From Octopus sinensis (lineage: Eukaryota): a stretch of DNA of 64,000 bases. A program made the translations under genes and the position numbers. Each line of letters begins with the position of its first letter. The stretch's first letter is position 1. The stretch is taken from the NCBI RefSeq assembly GCF_006345805.1, contig NC_042999.1, positions 30,380,001 to 30,444,000 on the forward strand. The letters run 5' to 3'. The notes beneath the pieces were generated by a model that was not told the origin of the DNA, made no database searches, and saw nothing but the letters and a program-made list of their open reading frames with translations. Positions 14,201-25,822 of the stretch are shown here, piece by piece.

Positions 14201-15005
14201 CAATTCTGAGCTATTTTTCATTATTTTTTCTAAAAATACTCTAGTAAACACGGTTATAGAGCGAGCATACAGATGTAAGCATTGGCAAAAAGATACATTT
14301 AGTGCATATAAGTAGTGTCTATCATTATATATAATTTAAACTTTAATTTACTTTATATTTAACATTCACTATTAATATCTCTACTGCTTCTTTTAGCTAC
14401 CTATGACGTTATATCATATAACGTTTTTTTAAACAATATTAATAGCGTTCTGTCTATCGCTATACAAATCCATTTTTTTTTTCTAAAATATCTTATTGAC
14501 GAGTTTGGTTTTTTTCAATTTCCTGAGGAGAAGATTGCATTGTTTATACCATTTATTCTTTTGAATAGTATCAGTGGAATTTTCGAAACATGTGTCGAAA
14601 GTAAAAAATATTTGATTACACCTGCGTTAACTCCATTTTTTTATTCATATTATTGAAAATATTCAACGTAAACACGAAGTTTCTACCTTTATAAAGAAGG
14701 AGTTACAACACTTTTACTTGTGAGATTTTTGCTGTCCTGGTAACTATTTATTTATTTTTTTGCTGTTAATTGTTAACAAGGTAAAACTACACTCATCTAT
14801 TTATATATATATATATTAAAATTTATATATTTTAAAAAGTTTTTACATTTTAACTTTAAATTCAAATGATTTAAATTTGGAATTTTATATTTTATATATT
14901 TTGTTTATTGTATTAATTAATTTTATTTCTATGTTTTGGTTTATGCTTTTCACTGTTTGATTTGCCTAATAGTGGTTTTACCTCTAATTAAATATATACA
15001 TATAT

Positions 15006-15018
15006 TCTCCTGCATGAG

Positions 15019-15070
<52 letters not shown>

Positions 15071-15083
15071 CTCATACAGGAGA
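15006..15083. repeat. Near-perfect palindrome centred on (TA)n
   Basis: TCTCCTGCATGAGAA-(AT)n-TTCTCATACAGGAGA; the unique arms are reverse complements with one mismatch. Confidence 0.9.
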
Positions 15084-15559
15084 GAAAGAAATTTTTCAAA
15101 AATAAATTCCTCGCACAGTAGAACAAGAAGTATTTTTTTAATAAACTCCTCACAAAAGGGAAAAATATTTTTTGAAAAATACTCGCAAATCAGAACCACA
15201 AGTTCAATTACCTCCCCAGTAGAGTGAAGTGTGTAGTTTACAAGCAAAACATTCAATACGTTACAGTCCGAAACACAACCTCCAGTATTTCTCTCGTAGG
15301 GGAAAGCACAGAATTCTGACGATAGACCTACTAAGAAGGTGACAACATTCTACAATCAGTTACAAATTCAACAATAAAGCAATCCAATACAGACCACACG
15401 ACACACTGTGAATAATCGGATACTACGTACTCTCATACTTGATTTATAGTGACCAGATTATTCCCTTCGTCACGTGGTAGGTGTTACTAATTATTACTAA
15501 GTATTACTTATTATTACTAATTATTACTATTATTACTAATTCTCTGCAACACAAATATT

Positions 15560-16144
15560 AACATTCATCCTAGGTTAAGGAACGTTTGAGAAAATCACGC
15601 GATTCTTCTTGAAACGACGTCAGGTTTGCCTGTGATATGATCGGACTGGTGCATGCCAGCTTTGTTGTGCAGATTATTTATACACCTCTCTCCGAACATG
15701 CTAATAACATTGGCTATTTGGTTAATTTAATCTGTTATTCATCAGCATAAGGTGAACTGGATCAATATTTTTCTCGGTAGTGGCACCAACAGGACATCTA
15801 GACCTTCGGTAATGTTTAGGATTCTCGTTTATCCTCTTAAATTCAGCGGCCCACTTTTGCACTGTTCATAAAACTGAAGATTCATTCCCTAACGTAGCGA
15901 CCTTGTCAGTATGAATTTGCATCAGGGCTAAATCATTATCCCCAACGTAGTTGATAAAACCATGCTGCCAAATTTTGACCGTTTTCAATTGTTACCAGTT
16001 ACATTTGAAATATTCTTTGAACAGTCAGATGTCATTTTACGTGAAATGAAACAATGAGAAGTGTTGAATTTTTTGCATGCAAAATTTCAGAGTGCTAGCA
16101 TCACGCCTTCATACACAATTTAGGAACTTTTCTATCCACCAACG
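15560..16144 (-). mobile_element. Mariner transposon 5' remnant
   Basis: Minus strand begins TA|CGTTGGTGGATAGAAAAGTTC (mariner-type TIR). Translation gives KIWQHGFINY..IHTDKVATLG..TVQKWAAEFKR..ATTEKNIDPVHLM..NQIANVIS, a mariner N-terminal HTH region. It is disrupted and 3'-truncated. Confidence 0.8.
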
Positions 16145-16963
16145 TATCTGTGTGAGCGTATGTACGATTTTGTTGTTATTTTCGTCTGTATATTGCGTTC
16201 ATTTGAAATTACCTCATTTCGAAAATCTAATCACGAATATATTCAATTACATTGCACAATCAAATATAGGCTGCATTTTCAAATAATATTTAAAAAATCA
16301 AACCTATTCTAAAAGCAATACTTTCAGACCGTTATTTAATTAGCTACAAATCTCAGCTTCCCGTATACCCAATCTGCACACTGCTTCAATACTTTTATTT
16401 ATATGCCAATATATATGCGTGTGTGTATGTGTCTGTGTGAATTTGTGTGTATTCATGCATGTATGTATGTATATATGCATGCGTGTATATAAAGGTATAC
16501 ATATATTTTACATAAGTTCCTTTAACCTATAATGTGAAAGACAATTGCGCTTGGATTTCGTCCGGAATAAACATTTACTTGTATATCCTTTTTCTAAAAA
16601 ATTGCATTGGTCTATGCACCAAGCCCTAGCACCAGACTTCCAGGAACATTATCTCGAGATCGTTTGATCTTTGAGAATTAAATCGTAAGTTGTGTTTTTA
16701 TATATAAGAAATACACACAGACATACACACACACACACGTACACACACATACACACATACATACATATATGTGAGTTTGTATATATATGTATACATATAT
16801 ATATATATATATACACACACACATACATATATATATAAATATATATAAATATATATATATATATAACGGGAAGCTTTATGAAAATAAACAAAAGACGAAG
16901 GCAGGTGGAAGACAAACGAACAATTGTATTAGTATGGCGCTCAGGAAATATAAATAAAACAAG

Positions 16964-17001
16964 TCTTTAACGTTTCGAGCCTACGCTCTTCAACAGAAAG
17001 A
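16964..17001 (-). ncRNA. Minimal type I hammerhead ribozyme with variant core
   Basis: Minus strand reads UCUUU-CUGUUGA-A-GAGC-GUAG-GCUC-GAAA-CG-UU/AAAGA. Stem I is UCUUU/AAAGA, stem II is GAGC/GCUC, and stem III is the palindromic ACGU. Predicted cleavage is between 16,969 and 16,968. Confidence 0.75.
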
Positions 17002-17172
17002 TACACAGAGAGAGAAAAACACAGAAAGAAGGAGAGAAAAAAAATGCGTGCAGTAGCTAACGAATCAACATGGCGATCTGATTTCGGCCAGAGGTCAAAT
17101 ATCAAACATGAGACGCGAGAGCGAAATAAGAGGAGATAATAGGGTTGATAAAAGGGTTGAGGGACCAGCTAA

Positions 17173-17512
17173 AAGTGCGTGGGAGGGGTCTGGATGTGTG
17201 TTATGTATAGGGTTGGTGTTTGTATTAGTATGTATAAGGGTGTGTGTGTGTGTGTGTTTGTGTATGAGAGAGTATTAGTGCGTAGGATTGGTCTGGACGT
17301 GCGTATGTATGGGGTTGGTGTATGTATTAGTATGTATTAGTATGTATTAGTACGTATTGGTATGTATAGGTGTGTGTGTGTGTGTGAGAGAGAGTATAAG
17401 TGCGTATGCGGGGTCTGGACGTGTGTATGTATAGGGTTGGTGTAAGTATTAGTATGTACTAGTATGTATTAGTACGTGTTAGTATGTATTAGTTGGTGTG
17501 TGTATTAGTATG
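17173..17512. repeat. Compound minisatellite in the PLE 3' region
   Basis: Three units anchored by GGTCTGGA(C/T)GTG at 17,187, 17,290 and 17,411. Each has GGTTGGTG, a variable number of GTATTAGTAT decamers and (TG)n. Confidence 0.85.
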
Positions 17513-17544
17513 GCACATCATATGTGATGTGTAAAGTCATGTGG

Positions 17545-17870
17545 TGTAGTGAGGAGAAGAGGGGGAGGGGGAGAAGAGGGGGAGAGAAGGGGAGGGGAAG
17601 AAGAGGGGAGGAGAAGGGGAAGAGGAGAGGATGGGGGAGAAGGAAGGGGATGAGGGGGATGAAGGACGAAAGAGGGAGATGGGGAGAGAGAAGGGGAAAG
17701 AGGGAGTGAGGGAGCAGAGGGAAGGGGAAGAGGGAGGGAGAAAGAGGGAAGAAGGGAAGGGGAGTAGGGGTGAAAGGATGAAGGACTGAAGAAGTAGGGG
17801 TCGGGGGGAGAAAGGATAGGTGAGGAGGGGGGAGAGGGGGGTTAGATGAGGAGGGGGGGAGAGTTGAGAC
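17545..17870 (+). repeat. Polypurine G/A-rich tract
   Basis: About 320 bp of almost pure A/G with many GGG/GGGG runs, lying directly 3' of the PLE stop codon. Confidence 0.9.
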
Positions 17871-19527
17871 CAAATGGCGTATAAGAGCGAAGAGAGAAGA
17901 TTAATTCCTGTTCACGGCGCAAACGGGAATCCGGATGGCATCTGTGTAAGGACAAACCGAACACAGATAGGTGTTGCAAGGAGTGAGCGGTGGAGCGGAA
18001 ATGGCGTGAGACCGGTGTGTCGTTCGCAAGGTGGATGTCACGAAGGTGTTCCGCGAACCGGTCAGCCAAGCGGCGTCCCGTTTGTCCGATGTACACGGAA
18101 TTGCTGAGAGAGCAAGAGATGCAATAGATAATATTGCTGGAGGTGCAGGTGAAGGAGTGGATGATCGGATAGGGTCGATGGTGGGTGCTAGTGAGGCGGG
18201 TGGTGTTGGAGAGGTAAGGGCAAGTGCGGCAACGTGGGCGGGAGCAGGGGAACGAGCCGGGTTTGGAGGTAGGGTCAGGGAAGGAGCTATGGACCAAAAG
18301 GTCTCGAAGGTTGTGGGCTCGTTTGAAAGAGGGGAGGGGTCGGTTAGGGAAGAGGTGTGAAGTGGACGGGTCGGACTGGAGATGACGGAAAGCTCGAAGA
18401 ATGGTGCGTTGGAGACGTAGGGTCGTGGGGTGGTAAGTGAGGGGAAAAGGGAGGCGGGAGACTATAGGGCGGGTTCGGGGAGAGAGAGCAGATACACGGT
18501 CCACGGACCGTGCTCTGGCAAGGGCGGTGTGGATAGTGGTGAGGGGGTATCCACGTAGGGTGAAGTGGTGAGCCATACGTTGAGACTGAGTCTCAAAGTC
18601 ATGGTCGTCACTACAGAGCCTACGTAGACGGAGGAATTGGGAATAGGGGATGGAATGCTTGGTGTGTTCTGGGTGGGAGGAAGAGAAGTTGAGGCATGAG
18701 TGTGAGTCTGTGTGTTTGTAGTGAATGGAGGTGGTAAGAGTGGAGTGAAGAATGCTAACCGAAATGTCGAGGAAGGAGACAGAGGTGTTGGAGATAGTGG
18801 AAGTGAAGTGGAGGGCTGGATGGAAAGATTGGACGAAAGAGAGGAAGGAATCTAGATGTTCGCGGGAGAGTGAGGTGGCACTGATAATGTCGTCAATATA
18901 ACGATCATATAGTTCAGGAGTGGGACCAGTGAAATTAGAGAATATTTGGGCCTCAACATAGCCAACGAACAGGTTCGCATAGTTGGGGCCCATTCGCGTT
19001 CCCATGGCCACTCCCGAGACCTGATGGTAGAACTCGCCCGCGAACGAGAAGCAGTTCAGAGTAAGGACAAGTTCGGCCAGACGAATGAGTGTGGAGGTGT
19101 CAGGTACAGGGTTAGAGCGGAGGTCAAGAAAGTGTCGAAGGGCCTGCAGTCCTTCGTGGTGAGGGATAACAGTATAGAAGCTTTGGATGTCCATAGTAAA
19201 AAGGATTTTGGAGGAGCCGGGAGGAAAGGAGAAAGAGTTGAAAAGCCGGAGAGCATGGTTGGTATCGTGGATGTGGGAGGGAAGAGATGCCACTAGGGGG
19301 GCAAGGACACGGTCGAGGTATTTAGAGATGAGCTCCGTGGGGCAGTTACAGGCGGAGACGATGGGGCGACCAGGGTTGTTAGGTTTGTGGATTTTGGGGA
19401 GGAAGTAAATGGTGGGGGTATGTGGGGTTCGCACAATTAGGTTGGATGCGGTGCGGGGGAGACGGGAGGACGAGATGAGGTCTTGGACAGTAGAGGATAC
19501 CGTCTGTTGGTAGCTACGTGCGGGGTT
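17842..19527 (-). CDS. PLE reverse transcriptase + GIY-YIG endonuclease (N-terminally truncated; frame is open upstream of the ORF-track GTG at 19,434)
   Basis: LPKIHK..GRPIVS, TMDIQSFYT, GVAMG..MGPNYANLF, RYIDD, FLDI, YK.TD, a CSRPRCRTC linker, NIIYCISC..VYIGQTGRRLADRFAEH and REQELIFSL..PFGLN. There are no stops over ~560 codons. Confidence 0.93.
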   Translation of the reverse strand, partial: NPARSYQQTVSSTVQDLISSSRLPRTASNLIVRTPHTPTIYFLPKIHKPNNPGRPIVSACNCPTELISKYLDRVLAPLVASLPSHIHDTNHALRLFNSFSFPPGSSKILFTMDIQSFYTVIPHHEGLQALRHFLDLRSNPVPDTSTLIRLAELVLTLNCFSFAGEFYHQVSGVAMGTRMGPNYANLFVGYVEAQIFSNFTGPTPELYDRYIDDIISATSLSREHLDSFLSFVQSFHPALHFTSTISNTSVSFLDISVSILHSTLTTSIHYKHTDSHSCLNFSSSHPEHTKHSIPYSQFLRLRRLCSDDHDFETQSQRMAHHFTLRGYPLTTIHTALARARSVDRVSALSPRTRPIVSRLPFPLTYHPTTLRLQRTILRAFRHLQSDPSTSHLFPNRPLPSFKRAHNLRDLLVHSSFPDPTSKPGSFPCSRPRCRTCPYLSNTTRLTSTHHRPYPIIHSFTCTSSNIIYCISCSLSNSVYIGQTGRRLADRFAEHLRDIHLANDTPVSRHFRSTAHSLQHLSVFGLSLHRCHPDSRLRREQELIFSLRSYTPFGLNSPPLLI

Positions 19528-22500
19528 AAATTAATATAAAGCATTAATTTTGAGTGAAGCCATTTCACAGGTTATGACAAGGAGACAATACTGTTCCCTA
19601 ACACCAATGTTAGTAGGTGAAATTGTTAAAAGCCTAATGTGATAGCGTAGTCCTTTGCAGATGGAATACAATTGAATTTGTTGCAGCCTTAGTAGTTGCA
19701 TTGTAGCACTCTAGAAGTTGCTAGAGTAGTTTTATTTGCTTATTTTGAAATGTTTTATTCAAATATTACAAATATTTCATTTTCTTTTCAATCTCATCCT
19801 TTGCGCTTCTTTCTTCAATTTGTTCAGCGAATGTAATTGTACGTCGTTCCCCATAAAAGATTCGCATTTTCGTACAATCCAATGGGTAGATGATTTCTTT
19901 TTGATGTGACATTGATTGATATATAAATCTAACTTCTTTCCTTGTTTTAAAATAATATCTTCTCATGTTATTGTTTCTACTCATTTTCTTAAAATTTTCC
20001 TATATAATTATTAAGCAATTTTATCGACGTAAATAATTATATGCCGTAAACAGCTTAAAGAGAGCATTCTAAATTAATATGCAATTTCTTAGTTAACAAT
20101 TTTATATTATGTCAAGTAGATCAGTTTATTTGAGTTACATAATGCATCATATTTTCTTAGATTCATCGCAGGAACATATGACTTAATATTCAGTGCTATT
20201 TGTGGAGGCATTACTAAAATATATATGAAGGGGGTTAAGCTTCTAATTCTAGGAGGCCTTGTAACCGTTGGAGTGTCTCTCACTAGCGCATCACACCCAA
20301 ATATTGTTTATGAATATTTTACTTTCTCCGATAATTATTTTAAACTTTAGATGGCAATTACTGTAATTTCTAATATTTTTAACGGTAATGTATAGATTGG
20401 ACACAATATACATCGGTATGATAGTCAGTGATGTATAACAGGAGGTATACTCTCGCTAATCTCAGATGGCGAAACAATATGAATTGTTAGTGGTTAGAGT
20501 ATATTCCTTCGGAGGGTAATTGATCAATCATGTGGAATGGTTGATAATAAAGGCAATTTGGAAAGCGAAAGCATTCGTTCAACTGGAAAGCCAATCAAAT
20601 GCGAGGAAATTATTTAACTGAAAGGATGCATTCTGTGCAATTCGTTTCTCTTTCAAACGACGAAGCCGTTCCATATTTCATTGACCTCTTGGAAATATAA
20701 GTAAATTCATCCAAATTATTATCGCACACTGTCCTTTAAAAGTGCAACGCATGTATCTTGACTATGCTGTAATTATCAAGCTGAAACGAACTTTGTACAG
20801 GTGTTTATTTTTAATAAACTTGTTAAGCTGACGCTAAATAACATCCATTTTATAAATAAATCTAACGTAAAAGACGGGAAGATTTGGAGAAACAGGCATG
20901 TTTTAAAATTATCTTCCCACTGAATCGCAAGGAATGGATTTATTCCAGGCTCGTAAAACTTTAATTAATATTTTTCATAAATATGATGGCGTTTGCCTTC
21001 CAGTAAGAAATATATTACCTTAAGCATCGTCCACATCGTGTCGGAATTAATTGGCTAAATCTATTTCCATTCATCAATAAAAATAAATATATCTATATTC
21101 ATATATGACTCCTCGAATTTACTATATTTTGTTGATAAATATGCAATATATTGCTGCCGACTGAACAGAAATCAGTATTGAGCAAAATGAAAAAAGGAAA
21201 TAAATCTATGCAATATTAATTAATATTTTAATTAGTTCATTATGACTTAATTAGCCAATACGGTATCACTATAATTTCATAAGTGACTTGCATATTAACA
21301 AATAAATATAGCATGTAGAAGAGATAACACGGATTTTAGTTTTTCAATGAATACACAAATATATAAAGACAATGTTGTTGAAAGCAGCATTTTTCTCTCC
21401 TGCTTTGAAATATTCAAGAGGATTCTCTGATTGTTTAGATCTTGCACAATTTTATTACGAAAACGTTTCATATTTTTTTGATTACTTGAGGCAATATCTT
21501 AGAAATCTAAATCCACAAAATGAATGAATTCACACAAAAAAATATCGCTTCAAGAAAATTTTATATAAAAAATTTAGAGAAATAAGCACAAAAATATTCG
21601 TAGCACACAACAATGTGATGAAATTTTAATAGAATCAAAAGAAGTCTGGAAGCATTAAACATAATTTAAAAGTTTCGTCTGCCAATTTGCATTGATTTAC
21701 TTTGATATGTCTTGAGGACGAATTGCACAGCCCTTTGTGAACTTTCTGACATTTCCCCATCATTCTTCAAATGTCAATAAATTAAATGATTTTAACACAG
21801 CACTAAGAAAATGAGAAACAAGAACGGATTTGGAGCCTGAATTGCTGAAACATTAACAGAAGGAATGGTTACATTTCATTATATATTCCATATTTTGTTG
21901 TCAGTGCTTTTCTTTAAGCAAATGAAGCAAGGATGTACGAAATATAAAAAAAAAGCATACACCTCTTCAATAGGACAAATGTCTTAAAGCAAGATGATCA
22001 GATAATTCTGAATGTGTTTGGAGTTGAATTTGATGAAAAAAGATTCTGTTTCTTCAACAAAAGTAACTACTCAATATTACAGTATTTTGAAGATTTCGGC
22101 AACTTAACGGAAATTAATCTACTACATTAATATTATTGGTAGAAGCACGAATTTCGAAAAACAGGATTTACCAAAGGTAATACGGTATATGGATATTGAC
22201 CTCGTGCTGAAACACTTCAGGTTTACGGCCGATTGAAGAAAAAAATTTATATTATAGAGAAAGTGGCGGTTAACATTCCGAATATAATTAGTGTCTAAAT
22301 TTAATTTTTCAAAATATTTCCTAGAAATGGAGTTTTTGATCAAGGTATTCTGTTTTCTACTTTACAGTCAGAGCCATTTCAGTAGCGAGCCATGATACCA
22401 TTCTAGTTATTCACTAGCAAAATATTCGTTGCATTTGAAACAAACCTACGTTAATAATAAATATTACTTAAAAAGGGAAAAAAAGGTGTAAGTAGGATGG

Positions 22501-22549
22501 GGTATACGCACAGAGTCTAAAACAGTGAGAGACTTCCGACTGTAGTGAT

Positions 22550-22552
22550 AAC

Positions 22553-22622
<70 letters not shown>

Positions 22623-22642
22623 GTAACAATAATAATAATTAA
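22550..22642. repeat. (TAA)n microsatellite followed by GAA/GAG repeats
   Basis: Directly visible; a (TTA)n array also lies at ~22,878-22,932. Confidence 0.95.
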
Positions 22643-23083
22643 TGAGAAGAAGAAGAAGAGGAGGAGGAGGAAGGATTAGAAGACGAAGAAGAATGCAACT
22701 GTGACTGGGCGAGATTGGAATAATATGCCCGGTGGAGTATAGAACTTTTCTCTCAGATTATCAGGAGCGTCCTAAGCACTTCAAAGTCTGCTGCAGCCTT
22801 GTGGATACCACAGAATCGCTACCGGGAATAAGACCGGGCCTAAAACAACCAAAATTATATTTAATATTATTTTTTTTTATTATCATTATTATTATTATTA
22901 TTATTATTATTAATATTATTATTATTATTATACAGTAGTATTATTTTTACTACGTACATTCACTGCACTAACGGTGCGCGGCTCTGTGTGACATGGGCAT
23001 GTTCCGTGGTTTGTTACGATTATATTATTTTTACTGTATTTAAAGTGATTTACGTCGGATGTGTGCAGTGCCAAATAGTGTAT

Positions 23084-23144
<61 letters not shown>

Positions 23145-23147
<3 letters not shown>

Positions 23148-23780
23148 AGTCCTTGCGCTTTTGTTTTGTATTTGTGTGAATATTTTTCTATAGTATCTAA
23201 TACGCCTATTATGATAGTGATTGTTTGTTCTTAGACTCTACATTCGCGTTATCTCTATTTCAATATCTTTGCAATTTCAAAGCTTCTCTGTTTCTCTTAG
23301 TCAAATATTGCCATTTGTTTGTATAGAAGCATCGATTAGAAGGCATCTTCTCCTGGGGATAATATAGACTCTCAGACAACTATATCCGGCCTATTGGCCT
23401 TAATTTTTTTATCTGTGTGCATTGACATTGCTGTGTGGCTATCAACTACGTTTTCCTGGTGTATTTTTCTTTTGAGTGTTCTATTTCTATTTCTGATATA
23501 TTTTTGTTGCACAATATATGTCCGTAGGTTAGCTACTTTATTAGGGTTAAATGCTGTATCCAAATCTTTATCTAGGTTATTTTCTTCCAGATTTCATATG
23601 TATATAATGTTGTTTTTTTGTTCTGTGGGTAGAGCACTGTTGTAAAATAAGAATGTTGGTTTGAAATACATTCCTCACGTGTTACTCCAGAAAGAGTTAC
23701 ACGCGGGTCTTTATTTTGAATATTATCATTTTCGTAGGGTACGTGTCCGGTCATTTCTGATGTTAAATGGCTTTGCACTT
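23145..23780 (-). mobile_element. R4/Dong-clade non-LTR 3' remnant (restriction-like endonuclease)
   Basis: MSMHTDKKIKANRPDIVV..RCLLIDASI..NI*LRETEKL..KDIEIEITRM*SLRT matches the RLE PD-(D/E)xK region of R4/Dong elements. Confidence 0.85.
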
Positions 23781-24536
23781 ATACTTTCGTACTTTCTATG
23801 TATCAAGCTTTAAGTTCGTACTTCCCGTTTTATTTTATTCTTTAGTTTAATTAATACGGAAACGATATAACTCATTTTTAATTTTTTCTCCATGGTGGTT
23901 GGAGATGGGGTTGGTCTGATATTGATTGTATCTTAATGAGAATAGCGTGTTTACCTATCTGGTAAACATTTAGAAAATAGAAGTAAATTTTTGTGAGTAT
24001 TACTTAATTAGATATAGTTCAATTATTTTAATGTTTATTATTACATGCGTATAATCCAGCATTTTGTCAGTGTGGCGAGCGTGTTTACACGTGTTATGCG
24101 AGTGACAGAGATGATAGGCAGTTAAAATACATTGATTCATTCGGAAAATAGAAAAACATTTTATTAGTATTAGTTACTCGGATATAGTCCAACACCTTGT
24201 CAGTTATATTAGGCTCAATTTGTTGCCTCAATACCGATGTTTTGGGATATATTTGGGAGGTGTCTTTTATCGCTCTCACATGTTATTACTTTTGTCGTTT
24301 TGTTGTTATTGTTGTTTGCATCATTATAAAGTTTGATTTATAGAAATAGTTTGTTTTCTGTTATATATAACACTGCTACCTCTCGTTTAGCTCATTCTCT
24401 ATCGGATTCTAAACTCGTTGCCGCTTCCACTATTGCCTATATTTTACACTCCTTCTTCGCTATTACCGTCATAGACTTCAACATGATTCTAATGAGTACA
24501 ATCTTCACTACAATCTGCTTAGTGAAGATTTATCCT

Positions 24537-24667
24537 CATCGTCGTCCTCGCCGTCGTCGTTGTCGTCGTCGTCGTCGTCGTCGTCGGAAACACCACCGTC
24601 ACCACAACGATGACCACCACCATCGATGTCGTCGTCGTTGTCATCATCATCTTTTCCGTCATCATCA
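24537..24667. repeat. (CGT)n/(CAC)n/(CAT)n compound trinucleotide repeat
   Basis: Directly visible; it explains the Arg/His-rich ORF 24,333-24,749. Confidence 0.9.
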
Positions 24668-25254
24668 TCCACAAAATTTCTTTCTGATTACGCTTTTAAC
24701 ATGTTTCAGCCGTTCTGCTCTGGCATTGGTGGAGCACTACCTTGATTGAGCCAGACTTCAGTACTAATTTTGTTTCAAAAGCTGCTACTTCTACTGTCTG
24801 TCCTTTGTGAATTAAAGATACACAATGATATAAAATCGTAATTAATGACATATACACATCATAATCGTTGATGTCTACTGTGGTTGTAGTAAATTGAAAG
24901 AAATTTGCTCTATGCTATTTAGCGTTGCCGAAATTTACAGCATAGCTTATAGTATTCATGAATTAATAAAACACATTCACATTGTTTTCTTGCTTGCTTA
25001 TATAAACAATTCTTATTCTCCTATATAAACCATTACTTGTGACATTTACAATCACAGTATTTCATATAATTCGTTATATAACTTTCACTGAGCAGATATA
25101 CATAATTTATTACAGTATTTGTGTTTATGAGGTGGGAAGATTTAGATAGTTTGCAAAATGAGTGATTACAAGGTGTAATGAATATATATATATATATAAA
25201 TGTCTGCGCGTATGTGATTTGATGTGTGTGTACATATATGTATGTTCTACAGGA

Positions 25255-25415
25255 GGAAGAGTGGCTGTGCGGTAAGAAACTTGCTTCCGAACCACATGGT
25301 TCCAAGTTCAGTCCCAATGAGTAGCATCTGGGGGGAGTGTCTTCCCCAATACGCTCGGGCTGCCAAATGACCTGTGATTGGATTTGGTAGGCACAAACTG
25401 AAAGAAGCCTGTTGT
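25255..25415 (+). mobile_element. Diverged SINE 5' half (5295 family)
   Basis: GAGTGGCTGTGCGGTAAG..CCACATGGTTCC..GTTCAGTCCC..GGATTTGGTAG..AACTGAAAGAAGCC followed by (TA)n. Confidence 0.8.
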
Positions 25416-25535
<120 letters not shown>

Positions 25536-25663
25536 TGCATGCATTTATGTGTCTGTGTTTATTTCGCTAGAAACTTTTATTAAGTGTCTATATTTGTACT
25601 CGTATGTGTCCCATTATATATGGGTACATGTTTGTATTGGTCGGCGGATGTCTATGTCATGTT

Positions 25664-25726
<63 letters not shown>

Positions 25727-25822
25727 CACACACACACATATATATGTATATATATATATATATAATATATATATAATATATATAAAGTAAAAAAGATAAA
25801 GAGTCAAAAGGAAGATTAAATA

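Larger units (their letters stand above)
16866..19527 (-). mobile_element. Penelope-like retroelement (Neptune-like), 5'-truncated, young
   Basis: Uninterrupted RT-linker-GIY-YIG frame, then a C/T-rich tract, a minisatellite and a hammerhead-containing 3' repeat that ends in (TA)n. It is GC-rich relative to its flanks, with an abrupt 5' junction at ~19,527. Confidence 0.93.

Noticed and set aside
17505-19408. ORFs overlapping the PLE (17,874; 18,031; 18,946; 19,187; 19,056; 17,505; 17,524)
   Set aside because: Shadows of the C-rich PLE coding strand and the polypurine tract; no independent motifs.
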